In this document: positions 18,791 through 27,418 of the stretch, in pieces | Layout of the letters: each line of letters begins with the position of its first letter | How positions within the stretch are numbered: position 1 is the stretch's first letter | Assembly: GCA_965652295.1 (NCBI GenBank) | Contig: CBFGTS010000004.1 | Span: forward strand, 192,001 to 256,000 | Direction of reading: 5' to 3' | Length of the DNA: 64,000 nt | DNA from: an uncultured Haloferula sp. | GTDB taxonomy: Bacteria; Verrucomicrobiota; Verrucomicrobiia; Verrucomicrobiales; Akkermansiaceae | Notes under the pieces: generated by a model | What the model saw: only the letters and a program-made list of their open reading frames with translations | Databases searched by the model: none | Told to the model about the DNA's origin: nothing | Program-made: the position numbers and the translations under genes

Positions 18791-19285
18791 TCAGCGGGGG
18801 TGGAGGGTGATCCGGGTCGAATCGTAGCGGTCGTCCGGCCGGAACAGCCAGCCGGGCTGGCGGTCGAGGACCTCGTAGCCGGTCAGCATGAACTCCGGCA
18901 GGACCTGATTGCTGTTGGGGTCGTAGGCCTTTTTGCCGGTGAAATAGCCGCGCAGCTTGTATTCGTGGTTCTGGTCGAAGCCGTAGGTACGGCCTGCGCC
19001 GGCCTCGGGGAGGCGGTCCGGGGCGAGCTTCTTGTCCTCGCGCAGGATCACCAGCTGCGCCCGGTTCCACGATTCGCGCGGGCGGCGCACGTAGCCCCAG
19101 AAGCGGGTTTTCTGCACATAGTAACGTCGCCCGATGAAGTAGTCGCCCTTGGATTCCGAGGCGATCGCCGCTTTCCGCTCCTCGACGGTCGGGCCACCCA
19201 TGTTGCCGCTGCCGAGCGAGCCGGCGCACTGGCAGAGGATCATGGGAGCGAGCACGAGGGAAAGACGGGCGAGGATACGGATCAT
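18791..19285 (-). CDS. Hypothetical exported/lipoprotein
   Basis: Signal peptide with Cys (ILCQC); aromatic-rich body (YFIGRRYY..KTRFWGYVR). Confidence 0.75.
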   Translation of the reverse strand: MIRILARLSLVLAPMILCQCAGSLGSGNMGGPTVEERKAAIASESKGDYFIGRRYYVQKTRFWGYVRRPRESWNRAQLVILREDKKLAPDRLPEAGAGRTYGFDQNHEYKLRGYFTGKKAYDPNSNQVLPEFMLTGYEVLDRQPGWLFRPDDRYDSTRITLHPR

Positions 19286-19446
19286 GTGGTTTAAAAACTA
19301 GAGGGACCGCCTTGCGCGGAGCAAGTGTGAATCAGGTAATGCCGGCGATGGCCGCGCGGACGGAAATGCCGCTTGCAACCCCGGGAGGGCGGGGGTAGGA
19401 CGCCGCTCCGCACGACGCCAAAAGGGCGTCCGACGTTGTCCTATTC

Positions 19447-19920
19447 ATGAAGCTTGCATCCCTTCTGACCCCCGATCAGGTCATTCTGGACATGCGCTCC
19501 GAGGAGCACCTGCCGGCCATCGGGGAGTTGGTGGACCATCTCGTGACCCTTGGCAGGCTGTCTGAAAACCTGCGGGACGAGGTCGTGGCGGCCCTGAACG
19601 CCCGCGAGGAGCAGGTCAGCACCGGTATCGGTTACGGCGTCGCCATCCCCCACGCTTTCTCGGAGAAAATCGAGGAAGTCGTTGCCGTCTTCGGTCGTTC
19701 GAAGAAGGGGATCGACTTCGAGGCGCTGGACAATGGTCCGGTGCGTTTCGTGATCCTTTTCATCGTGCCGAAGAAGGACTACCAGCTCCATCTGCGCACC
19801 CTGGCGGCGATCGCCAAGATGTTCACCAACTGCGAGATCCGCAAGCAGCTCTCCGCTGCGGAGAGCCGGACGGAGATTCTCGATATTTTGGCTGGCAAGG
19901 CGTCGGGGAACGCGGCGTGA
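19447..19920 (+). CDS. PTS IIA (EIIA-Ntr/fructose-like) protein
   Basis: REEQVSTGIGYGVAIPH phosphohistidine motif; GIDFEALDNGPV; HLRTLA. Confidence 0.9.
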   Translation: MKLASLLTPDQVILDMRSEEHLPAIGELVDHLVTLGRLSENLRDEVVAALNAREEQVSTGIGYGVAIPHAFSEKIEEVVAVFGRSKKGIDFEALDNGPVRFVILFIVPKKDYQLHLRTLAAIAKMFTNCEIRKQLSAAESRTEILDILAGKASGNAA

Positions 19921-21674
19921 CTTCCCGCATGACCTTGCAGCGCCAGATCGAGTCCGCCCTCGCGGACGCGTTTGAGAAAGTTCTCGGAGAGAAAATCGAG
20001 GCACCCGTGGTGGCCTCCGCCGACCTTCGCTTCGGCGATTATCAGAGCAATGCCGCGATGGCGCTGGCCAAGAGCCGCCGGACCAATCCGCGCGAGCTGG
20101 CAACCAAGGTGGTGGAAGCTCTCGACCTCGCCGGGATCGGTACCGCCGACATCGCCGGGCCCGGTTTCATCAACATCCGGGTGACCCCGGAAAAATTCGC
20201 CGCCCACGCCGCGGAGCTGCTCGCCGACGAGCGCCTCGGCGTCCCCGCCAGCGGCGATGGCCGCACGGTGGTGATCGATTTTTCCGCCCCGAACGTGGCC
20301 AAACCGATGCACGTCGGCCACATCCGCTCGACGATCATCGGAGACGCACTCGCCCGCATCTCGCGGTTTCTCGGTTACGAGGTCATCACCGACAACCACA
20401 TCGGCGACTGGGGCACGCAGTTCGGCATGATTCTCCACGGCTGGAAGACGATCCTCAACGAGGACGTGCTGGAGGCCGACCCGATTCTCGAATTGCTGCG
20501 GGTCTACCGCGAGGTCAACGCCGCCGCGAAGGCCGATCCGGCGGTGATGGACCTGTGCCGCGGCGAACTGGTCAAGCTCCAGGCCGGGGACCAGGAGAAC
20601 CTCGCCATCTGGCAGCGCTGTGTGGAGCTCTCGAAGCAGGGCTTGCAGAAGATCTACGACCGTTTGGACGTCCGCTTCGACCACTGGCTCGGCGAGAGTT
20701 TCTACAACGAGCGGCTCGGCGGCCTGGTGGAGGAATTCCTGGAAAAGGGCTTGGCGCGCGAGAGCGATGGCGCGGTGTGCGTGTTTGCCAGTGGCGAGCT
20801 GCCGGACGAGCAGGACCCGTTCCGCGTCCACAACAAGGAGGGCTGGGCGGACAACCCCGCGATCATCCGCAAAGCCGACGGCGGTTTCCTCTACGCCACG
20901 ACCGACCTCGCCACGGTCGAATACCGGATCGACGAATGGAAGGCCGACGCCATCTGGTATGTCGTCGGGCTGCCGCAGCAGCTCCACTTCCGCCAGATCT
21001 TCGACGCCTGCCGCCGCTGGGGGAAAACCGGGGATTTCCAGCACGTCGGTTTCGGCTCGATCCTCGGCGAGGACCGCAAGCTGATGAAAACGCGCTCGGG
21101 CGACAACGTCGGCCTGATCGAAGTGCTCGATGAAGCCGTGGAGCGGGCGATGAAGGTCATCGCCGAGAAGAACCCCGAACTGCCGGCCGACGAAGCCGCG
21201 GCGATCGCCGAAACGGTGGGCATCGGCGCGGTGAAGTTCGCCGAGCTTTCCCAGAACCGGCTCAGCGACTACGTGTTCGCCTGGGACCGGATGCTCGCGC
21301 TGCAAGGGGACACGGCTCCCTACCTGCAGAACAGCTTTGTCCGCATCCGCTCGATTTTCCGGAAACTGGACGGGGAGTTCGATCCCTCCGGCGTGGCTCT
21401 CACCCTGGAAGAGGAGCGCGAGGTCAACCTGGCCCGCCTGCTGGTGCGCTATGGTGAGGTGGTGCCTACGGTGCTCGACGACCACCGGCCGAACCTGCTG
21501 GCGAACTACCTGCTCGAAGTGGCGCGCGCTTTCCACTCGTTTTACGAAGCCTGCCCGGTGCTGAAGGTGGACGAGCCGCTGCGCTCCAGCCGCTTGGCGC
21601 TGTGCGAGCTGAGCTCGCGCGTCCTCGAGCACGGCCTCGGTCTCCTCGGCATCCGCTGCCCGGAGAGGATGTGA
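19917..21674 (+). CDS. argS: Arginine--tRNA ligase
   Basis: FGDYQSN, AGPGFIN, IDFSAPNVAKPMHVGHIRST, NHIGDWGTQFG, KTRSG, GDTAPYLQ; start may be 19929. Confidence 0.96.
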   Translation: MTSRMTLQRQIESALADAFEKVLGEKIEAPVVASADLRFGDYQSNAAMALAKSRRTNPRELATKVVEALDLAGIGTADIAGPGFINIRVTPEKFAAHAAELLADERLGVPASGDGRTVVIDFSAPNVAKPMHVGHIRSTIIGDALARISRFLGYEVITDNHIGDWGTQFGMILHGWKTILNEDVLEADPILELLRVYREVNAAAKADPAVMDLCRGELVKLQAGDQENLAIWQRCVELSKQGLQKIYDRLDVRFDHWLGESFYNERLGGLVEEFLEKGLARESDGAVCVFASGELPDEQDPFRVHNKEGWADNPAIIRKADGGFLYATTDLATVEYRIDEWKADAIWYVVGLPQQLHFRQIFDACRRWGKTGDFQHVGFGSILGEDRKLMKTRSGDNVGLIEVLDEAVERAMKVIAEKNPELPADEAAAIAETVGIGAVKFAELSQNRLSDYVFAWDRMLALQGDTAPYLQNSFVRIRSIFRKLDGEFDPSGVALTLEEEREVNLARLLVRYGEVVPTVLDDHRPNLLANYLLEVARAFHSFYEACPVLKVDEPLRSSRLALCELSSRVLEHGLGLLGIRCPERM

Positions 21675-21733
21675 TCGCCACGATCGCCCTTGATGTTGCC
21701 CGCTTCTCCAGATGTCGGCATCGACCCTTTAAA

Positions 21734-21763
21734 ATCTGCGGCCGTTTGCGTTCATCCGTGGTT
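21734..21763. repeat. 10-nt periodic micro-array
   Basis: ATCTGCGGCC-GTTTGCGTTC-ATCCGTGGTT; same family as the right arm at 37079-37109. Confidence 0.65.
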
Positions 21764-21876
21764 TACCTCATCCGCCTTCCCGACACGCTTGAGCCTTGGT
21801 TCAGATGGCTCTGAGTGATTTCCCGGAAGGCGGGCTTGCGGGTCGGACGGATCGCTTCTAACGCTTGAGGGAAAGC

Positions 21877-23571
21877 ATGCAGGACGAACGGCCCCGGATT
21901 CCATTTTACGTCATCGGTCACCGCAATCCGGATACCGATGCGATCTGCTCCGCCATCGGCCAGGCCGAGCTGTTGCGGGAAACCGGCACCCCCGAGGCCG
22001 TGGCCGCCCGTTGCGGCGTGGTGCCGCAGCGGACCGCCTGGGTGCTTGAGCAGGCCGGCGTGCCGGAGCCCGAACTGGTCACTGACGTCCGCATCACCGC
22101 CGGCATGATCTGCCGCCGCCATGTGGTCTCCGCGCACGAGGACGATACTTTCCTGCGTGCCTACCGCAGCATGCTTTCCCAAGGAGTCCGCTGCGTGCCG
22201 GTGGTGGACGCGGAGAGAGCGGGCGAGGTGGTGGGCATGCTCCGTTACCTCGATCTGCTGGAGCTGCTGCTGCCGGGCGATGGCTCCAACATGGTCGTCC
22301 GGACCGTCCATGTCTCCATCGCCAAGATCGCCGCCACCCTTCAAGCGGAGTCGGTGGGCGCGCCGTTTCCCCAGGAAAACGGCTCCGAGGATCTCATCAT
22401 GCTCGTCGGTGCCTCGTCGCAGGCCACCGTCAATTCACGCCTCAAGACCGCGACCAAGGAGGGCACCGTGAACCGCTACCTCGTCATCTGCGGCGACCGG
22501 CCGGTGGTGCAGCACTACGCCATCGAGAACGGAGCGCGGATGCTGATCGTCACCGGCGGAAACACCGTCGATCCCGACCTGTGCAAGCTGGCGAAGGAAC
22601 GCGGTGTGGTGGTGCTCCAGTGCCCGCAGGACACCGCCAGCACCACCACCCTGATCCGCTGCTCACGCACGGTGGCGCAGGTGATGGAAACGGACTTCGC
22701 CACCATCAATGACGACGAGCCGGTTTCCCCGTTGCGGAAATCCATGGCCGCCCTCGATCAGGAGCTTTTCCCCGTGATCGATGCCGCCGGCCAGATGGTC
22801 GGCGTGATTTCCAAATCCGACCTCGTCGATCCTCCGCGGGTCCGCGTGGCGTTGGTCGATCACAATGAGTTCGCCCAGGCCGTGCGCGGGGTGGAGGAAG
22901 CCCACGTGGTGGAGGTGACCGATCACCACCGCCTGGCGGGCGACCTCGTGTCCCGCGAGCCGATCCGCTTCCTCAACGAGCCGGTGGGCTCGACCTGCAC
23001 GCTGGTCGCGCGGAAGTTCGTCCACCGGAGTCTCGAACCGACTTCGGGAACGGCGATGTGCCTGTGCGCCGGGATTATTTCCGACACCCTCTGCCTGACC
23101 TCCCCGACCACCACGCAGCTCGACCGCGAGATGCTGGGCTGGCTGGGAAAGATCGCAGGCATGGACCCGGAGAAGTTCACCAAGGATTTCTTCGCCGTGG
23201 GTTCGCTGCTCAGCTCGGGTTCGATCGACGAGGTGCTGAACACCGACCGCAAGGAATTCGAGGAAAGCGGCGCGAAGGTGACCATCGCCCAGATCGAGGA
23301 ACTGGGCCTGCAAGCCTTCCGCAGCCGTCGCGAGGAGCTGGAAGAGGGGCTGAAGGCATTGGTGAGGGACAGCGGATACGATCTGGCGGTCCTTGCCGTC
23401 ACCGATATCGCCAAGCACCGCAGCCTCATCCTCGTCGCCGGCAATGAGCGGATGATCGCCGCGCTGCCCTTCGAACGTCTCGACGCCACCCTCTACGACG
23501 CCCCGGGCGTGGTGAGCCGAAAGAAGCAGATTTTCCCCGCCGTCGGCCAGGCGGTGCAAAGTGCCGGGTGA
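21877..23571 (+). CDS. ppaC: Family II Mn-dependent inorganic pyrophosphatase with CBS and DRTGG domains
   Basis: GHRNPDTDAICS, two CBS domains with a DRTGG-like insert (ICGDR, IVTGG), LVDHNE..Q, DHH, GIISDTL, VVSRKKQ. Confidence 0.92.
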   Translation: MQDERPRIPFYVIGHRNPDTDAICSAIGQAELLRETGTPEAVAARCGVVPQRTAWVLEQAGVPEPELVTDVRITAGMICRRHVVSAHEDDTFLRAYRSMLSQGVRCVPVVDAERAGEVVGMLRYLDLLELLLPGDGSNMVVRTVHVSIAKIAATLQAESVGAPFPQENGSEDLIMLVGASSQATVNSRLKTATKEGTVNRYLVICGDRPVVQHYAIENGARMLIVTGGNTVDPDLCKLAKERGVVVLQCPQDTASTTTLIRCSRTVAQVMETDFATINDDEPVSPLRKSMAALDQELFPVIDAAGQMVGVISKSDLVDPPRVRVALVDHNEFAQAVRGVEEAHVVEVTDHHRLAGDLVSREPIRFLNEPVGSTCTLVARKFVHRSLEPTSGTAMCLCAGIISDTLCLTSPTTTQLDREMLGWLGKIAGMDPEKFTKDFFAVGSLLSSGSIDEVLNTDRKEFEESGAKVTIAQIEELGLQAFRSRREELEEGLKALVRDSGYDLAVLAVTDIAKHRSLILVAGNERMIAALPFERLDATLYDAPGVVSRKKQIFPAVGQAVQSAG

Positions 23572-23581
23572 GGTTCCGAAA

Positions 23582-23612
23582 GGAGCGCCGATTGTGAAAT
23601 CGGCATCGCCTC
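23582..23612 (+). repeat. 31-nt REP-like palindrome (family A)
   Basis: GGAGCGCCGATTGTGAAATCGGCATCGCCTC; 29/31 identical to the reverse complement of 27471-27501. Confidence 0.85.
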
Positions 23613-23737
23613 TCCCCACAGCATGTTCCATTGTCGATAGGCAGCTTTGGAGTCGGCGTTTCCGTTTGCAGGATTCCGGGATTCCGGCAGCGCCTCGTCC
23701 GGTCGTGTCAAGGCACAGCGGGCCGGACAGCCGTTCA

Positions 23738-24208
23738 CTAAGCTCCACGACCCGGTCGAGAGCGCGGGTGGTTGGAATCGCCCCAGAAACGGGTCAGAAT
23801 CGCCAAAAGAATCAGTGAGACCGAGCCGAGGAGGGAGAGGCCAAGAATCCAAGTTCCATAAATCCCGCTGCATTCCTGAAAAACGGTATGACTGAAATCA
23901 TGACCCCGGCCTCCAACGGCACGGACAGTGTAAATCGGCCCGAGTAACACTGTGAGCCATAGCCACCAGATCAGACGCTTCCGAAGAAACAGCAGCATGA
24001 TGAAGATGGATGAAAGGAGGAGCGTGTAAACCGGACCAACAACCTGTTCTCCCAGAAGTTGAGAATGAACGCTCGCTGAATATGGCTGCTGGAACTCAAC
24101 GAAGAAATTCTGTGCGCCAATAGTGGGCAGCACGATGCTCGCGGTCGCCGATGCGACGACGAGCAATCCGAGGCAAATCTTTAGAAAGCGATGCGGTTGT
24201 GAATGCAT
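23738..24208 (-). CDS. Hypothetical multi-TM membrane protein (cassette-like gene)
   Basis: About four hydrophobic segments, atypical low-GC codons; probable start ATG 24208, 12 nt after a GTTCGTC core-like site. Confidence 0.55.
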   Translation of the reverse strand: MHSQPHRFLKICLGLLVVASATASIVLPTIGAQNFFVEFQQPYSASVHSQLLGEQVVGPVYTLLLSSIFIMLLFLRKRLIWWLWLTVLLGPIYTVRAVGGRGHDFSHTVFQECSGIYGTWILGLSLLGSVSLILLAILTRFWGDSNHPRSRPGRGA

Positions 24209-24219
24209 TGGGATGTAAT

Positions 24220-24320
24220 GACGAACCTCATAGCACATCAATCGCCTGAGGGAAGTCGAACATTGGCTGGTGATCGAGGGCGCTCATCATGGTGAGCATT
24301 GAACTCGGATCGGGTGGTGA
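24220..24320 (-). mobile_element. Degenerate attC-like site (right half)
   Basis: Gene strand reads ...GGCGATTGATGTGCTATGAG-GTTCGTC then ATG 12 nt later; resembles an attC right arm with a GTT core; left arm not recognisable. Confidence 0.4.
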
Positions 24321-24373
24321 CGTCCTCCCGGAAAATGACCCGAGGGGAAGCTTACAGTGGGTTGCTGGGAATG

Positions 24374-24409
24374 GGAGCGGCGGAACGTGTCCGCCGGGAA
24401 TGGTTTCTG
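24374..24409 (+). repeat. Single REP arm (family B)
   Basis: GGAGCGGCGGAACGTGTCCGCCGGGAATGGTTTCTG, near identical to the left arms at 27570 and 27747. Confidence 0.85.
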
Positions 24410-24477
24410 AGAGCGATCTCCTCGCTGTCCTAGCCATCCGGAACCAGCGGGGCGGAGGACGAAATGATCAAAATCTA

Positions 24478-24534
24478 GGACCCCGATCAGGGTGGTAGGG
24501 GGCCGGTCAGCGAACTACTCCCCGGGACCCGATT
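24478..24534 (+). mobile_element. Probable group IIC intron 3'-end remnant (degenerate DV plus DVI), antisense to HEPN gene
   Basis: GGTGGT-AGGGGGCCGG...CCCCGGG-A-CCCGAT: DVI-like stem with unpaired A 7 nt from an AT terminus; lies just 3' of the HEPN stop. Confidence 0.6.
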
Positions 24535-24545
24535 TGCCTCCTGCT

Positions 24546-25025
24546 TTATTGGATTGGTTCGGGAATGCAAATATTCGCGACTTCGAGGACGACTTGCTTC
24601 ACTGCGTCGTAATAGTCCTTTACGCGAATGTAGGTAATTCCGGTATTGCGTCCGTGGGCGATACCATTTCTCAGGTTGACCACACTATCTACTGCGGTCT
24701 TGAACTCATCTTGAAGAAAGTCCTCTGCAGCAGTTCGCCATTGGGGATCGAACGAGCCGAGCAACTGAAGCAGCTTCTCTGCATTAGCGTTGGTAAAGTT
24801 CGAGGTCTTCGAATCGACGAATCGTTGAAGGGTCGGTGCCCCACTGCGGCGGGAGTGTTCGAGAAGAAGCTCGGCGATCGCCGTCTCAAGAAAACCTGAA
24901 ACCAGGACACAAAGATACCGAGCGAAATCGGAGCGAATCTCAGCATCAGCGGGAAGAGCATCAACCCTCGCGAAAACTGCATCGAGTCGTTGTTGCTCGC
25001 GGGTCACGGCAGCGCGTCCAGTCAT
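24546..25025 (-). CDS. HEPN-domain protein (RiboL-PSP-HEPN / MAE_28990-like), putative RNase
   Basis: All-helical 159 aa; YLCVLVSGFLE and RNGIAH (Rx4H) HEPN motif; starts 2 nt after the DUF262 stop. Confidence 0.85.
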   Translation of the reverse strand: MTGRAAVTREQQRLDAVFARVDALPADAEIRSDFARYLCVLVSGFLETAIAELLLEHSRRSGAPTLQRFVDSKTSNFTNANAEKLLQLLGSFDPQWRTAAEDFLQDEFKTAVDSVVNLRNGIAHGRNTGITYIRVKDYYDAVKQVVLEVANICIPEPIQ

Positions 25026-25027
25026 AC

Positions 25028-26113
25028 TCAGGGTTTAAATTTAGCCGTCGCAATCTCAATTCTCCGCCTCACCTTCGGCTCTTGGGAGGTTCCGGTGGTG
25101 ATCGCTGATCTGTAATCGTCATCTGCGAGTAATTCAGCATGGCGTGCCCGAAGATCGATGGCATCTAGATCGTGGCCCTCAAGCAAATTGCTCGCGATGC
25201 CGACCATGATTGAATCCACGGCGGCAGCATTGACTGCTCTAGTTGGGCGGAAAGCGTCCTCCCCGATTCCAGTCCTGATCAGCCGAGCCGTGTCCTCAAA
25301 GACTGCTGTAATGTCTGCGTCCGATTGACGTCCAAGAGCGCGATTGGTTGCCATGTAGCGATTCAAAAAATCCTTCATCGGTGCGGCGTAGCTTGTGTGG
25401 AAATAGTAGAGAGCGAAGAACCTAAGTATTAGTTCAACATCCTTAAGTCGCTTGGATCGTGGGCCTACGAGATTCCTCCAGTTCTCGTTCTCGTTAAGTT
25501 GACGAAGCAGTCGGGCAAAGTCCCCATGGTAAAGAGCCATTCGAATCTCCTGGGGCTGCAAACTGATGCCGCCCGTATTTAAGCGTTCGAAGATTATGTA
25601 GATGCTGCTCTGGTCCTCGTCCGGCTGATCCTGCCTCGTAACTGTTGCGTGAACAATGCTGTCATCTAGCCGTCGTCGATCCTCAGTGTCGAGATCCTGA
25701 TAACGACGCCCCTCAAACCGTTCTTGGACGCCAGTCAGTTGATACTCTCGCCCGGCTATCACGCCGTCGTAGAAGGAACGAAGGGTGAATAGACGCTGGT
25801 GACCGTCTAGTACAAGAAATCGACCATCTGCTTCCTTGACCAAGAAAATCCCTGGCACAGGAAGTCCGAGCAGCAACGACTCAATAAATCGATCTGCCTT
25901 CGATCGTGTCCATACATATTCCCGCTGGAAGGGGTCAACTTCGTCGGCCAAATCGTCTTCGTGCTCAAAGGTCGGCACCAGAACGTCTCCATTGCGGACC
26001 TTTCTTACCAGCGACTCAACTGGATAGTCTGCTCCGTAAGATGTGATCGAATAGGTGAAGGGAATCACTTCTCGAGCTTCATCGAGCTCATCGTGGATAT
26101 CGTCTTCTGACAT
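25028..26113 (-). CDS. DUF262 (GmrSD N-terminal, ParB/Srx-like) protein
   Basis: FQREYVW, IESLLLGLPVP, VLDGHQRL (DGQQR-type), IFERLNTGG..L..QEIR; no HNH domain evident; low-GC codons. Confidence 0.9.
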   Translation of the reverse strand: MSEDDIHDELDEAREVIPFTYSITSYGADYPVESLVRKVRNGDVLVPTFEHEDDLADEVDPFQREYVWTRSKADRFIESLLLGLPVPGIFLVKEADGRFLVLDGHQRLFTLRSFYDGVIAGREYQLTGVQERFEGRRYQDLDTEDRRRLDDSIVHATVTRQDQPDEDQSSIYIIFERLNTGGISLQPQEIRMALYHGDFARLLRQLNENENWRNLVGPRSKRLKDVELILRFFALYYFHTSYAAPMKDFLNRYMATNRALGRQSDADITAVFEDTARLIRTGIGEDAFRPTRAVNAAAVDSIMVGIASNLLEGHDLDAIDLRARHAELLADDDYRSAITTGTSQEPKVRRRIEIATAKFKP

Positions 26114-26134
26114 GGTGTAGTGATTTTGTTTTCT

Positions 26135-26224
26135 GGTAAATGTCTAGCTTATCCACAGCGGCGAGGAAAGCCTAAATTCAAACTGATGCGCGTTGCCCGC
26201 CGTTGGATGGAGCGGCTTGATGGG
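26135..26224 (-). mobile_element. Degenerate attC-like hairpin
   Basis: Arms GCTTATCCACAGCGGCG (26147-26163) and CGCCGTTGGATGGAGC (26198-26213) pair with single-base bulges; R-box AAC/GTT cores appear mutated (ATCAAG, GACATT); ends about 22 nt before the DUF262 ATG. Confidence 0.55.
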
Positions 26225-26264
26225 GGGGTGGACGTTGAGGATTCGCACCCCTGCCTGCGGCATT

Positions 26265-26286
26265 AACTACTCCTCGGGACCCGATT
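26265..26286 (+). mobile_element. Second group IIC intron 3'-end-like remnant, antisense to PEP-CTERM gene
   Basis: AACTACTCCTCGGGACCCGATT, 21/22 identical to 24513-24534, immediately 3' of the stop codon. Confidence 0.6.
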
Positions 26287-26291
26287 CGACT

Positions 26292-26888
26292 TCATTGGTT
26301 TCGATGTCGCATTGCCAAGCTGCCTAGTGCACCCAGAAAAAGAATGGCGACGACAGTGGGCTCTGGAACACGAGCGGCTTCAATGGCATCAGCGCCTTCT
26401 GCGACGGTGATTCTTCTTCCATCACTGTTTCCGCGGATATTGGATGCGGTAGTTCCAGTATTGGTCGTGGCAATTGCGACTAGCCAGCCAGAGCCGTCGG
26501 GTTCGAAGTGGAACTGAGCAATAGATTCAAAGGGCTGAAAGAATCCTTCGCCGAACTTCAGATAAGAATAATTCTGGCTGCCGACCATCGCGTCGCCCAT
26601 GAATCCCAAGGGATTATGGTAGAGTACATTGCCGGTGCGACCCGAAGGAATGAGAGTTGCATCTGATCGATAAAAGAATGGATCTCCGAATCCTCCCGCA
26701 ACCGAAAGGTTCACGCCTCCTCCGGTTGCGATATATAATCCTCCAGATCCTGGTCCGACGGACAATGGAGTGGGGTTCGGATTAGTATCGTTTGGAGAGT
26801 CAACGCCGAAGAAATAAACTGTGATTGCTGCAGATGCTGAGAGGCTCGATCCAAGCAGCCCAATCAAGGTTGGTATTGCGGGTTTCAT
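26292..26888 (-). CDS. PEP-CTERM sorting domain surface protein
   Basis: Signal peptide (..SASAAI); C-terminal VPEP plus hydrophobic helix plus RHR; low GC. Confidence 0.88.
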   Translation of the reverse strand: MKPAIPTLIGLLGSSLSASAAITVYFFGVDSPNDTNPNPTPLSVGPGSGGLYIATGGGVNLSVAGGFGDPFFYRSDATLIPSGRTGNVLYHNPLGFMGDAMVGSQNYSYLKFGEGFFQPFESIAQFHFEPDGSGWLVAIATTNTGTTASNIRGNSDGRRITVAEGADAIEAARVPEPTVVAILFLGALGSLAMRHRNQ

Positions 26889-27245
26889 TTTGGCCGGACA
26901 GTTTTATTAGTAGGGTCAAGCATGCTTATATCCAGCGATCCTTTTCGGGGAGGGTGGCTGGGAACTCTCGATTTCACAAGGATTTTTCCGGCTTGGATGC
27001 GTATATCGGCTGACGTGGGGATGTGTTTCGGGGGGCGGAAGCTGGGGGCGATATAGGGATCTTCCGCCGGTGGTGGGTCGTGGGTGCCGCGGAGTCGGGC
27101 ACTGACTATCGTCGCAGGGGATCAAGTCGGGGAGCGAGCGTGCCGGAATGCGAATGAGGTGAAGCCACGGATAGAGGGGTTCACGCAGAATCTTTGAGGG
27201 CCGAGGCCCCATGCAGGCTCCCGAGTCCAAAGTTGCCTTTTCTAT

Positions 27246-27290
27246 CACCGAGAAACGGAGATCTACGGAGATAACGGAGATAACGGAGAA
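27246..27290. repeat. 9/10-nt periodic micro-array
   Basis: ACGGAGATCT-ACGGAGATA-ACGGAGATA-ACGGAGAA. Confidence 0.8.
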
Positions 27291-27418
27291 GGCAGGATGA
27301 GAGGTTTCCGGGCCCGGTGGCTTCTGTCATTTTCAGCGCCTCGATCTCCGGAAGGATGCCTCTGCAACCGCGAGCGACCTCGAAGCCTTCTGACGAAAAC
27401 GGGGGGGCGATCCTTGGT

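Noticed and set aside
24478..26286. Complete group II intron or retroelement spanning the two 22-nt repeats
   Set aside because: No reverse transcriptase ORF (no YADD) and no recognisable intron 5' end; only 3'-end-like remnants.
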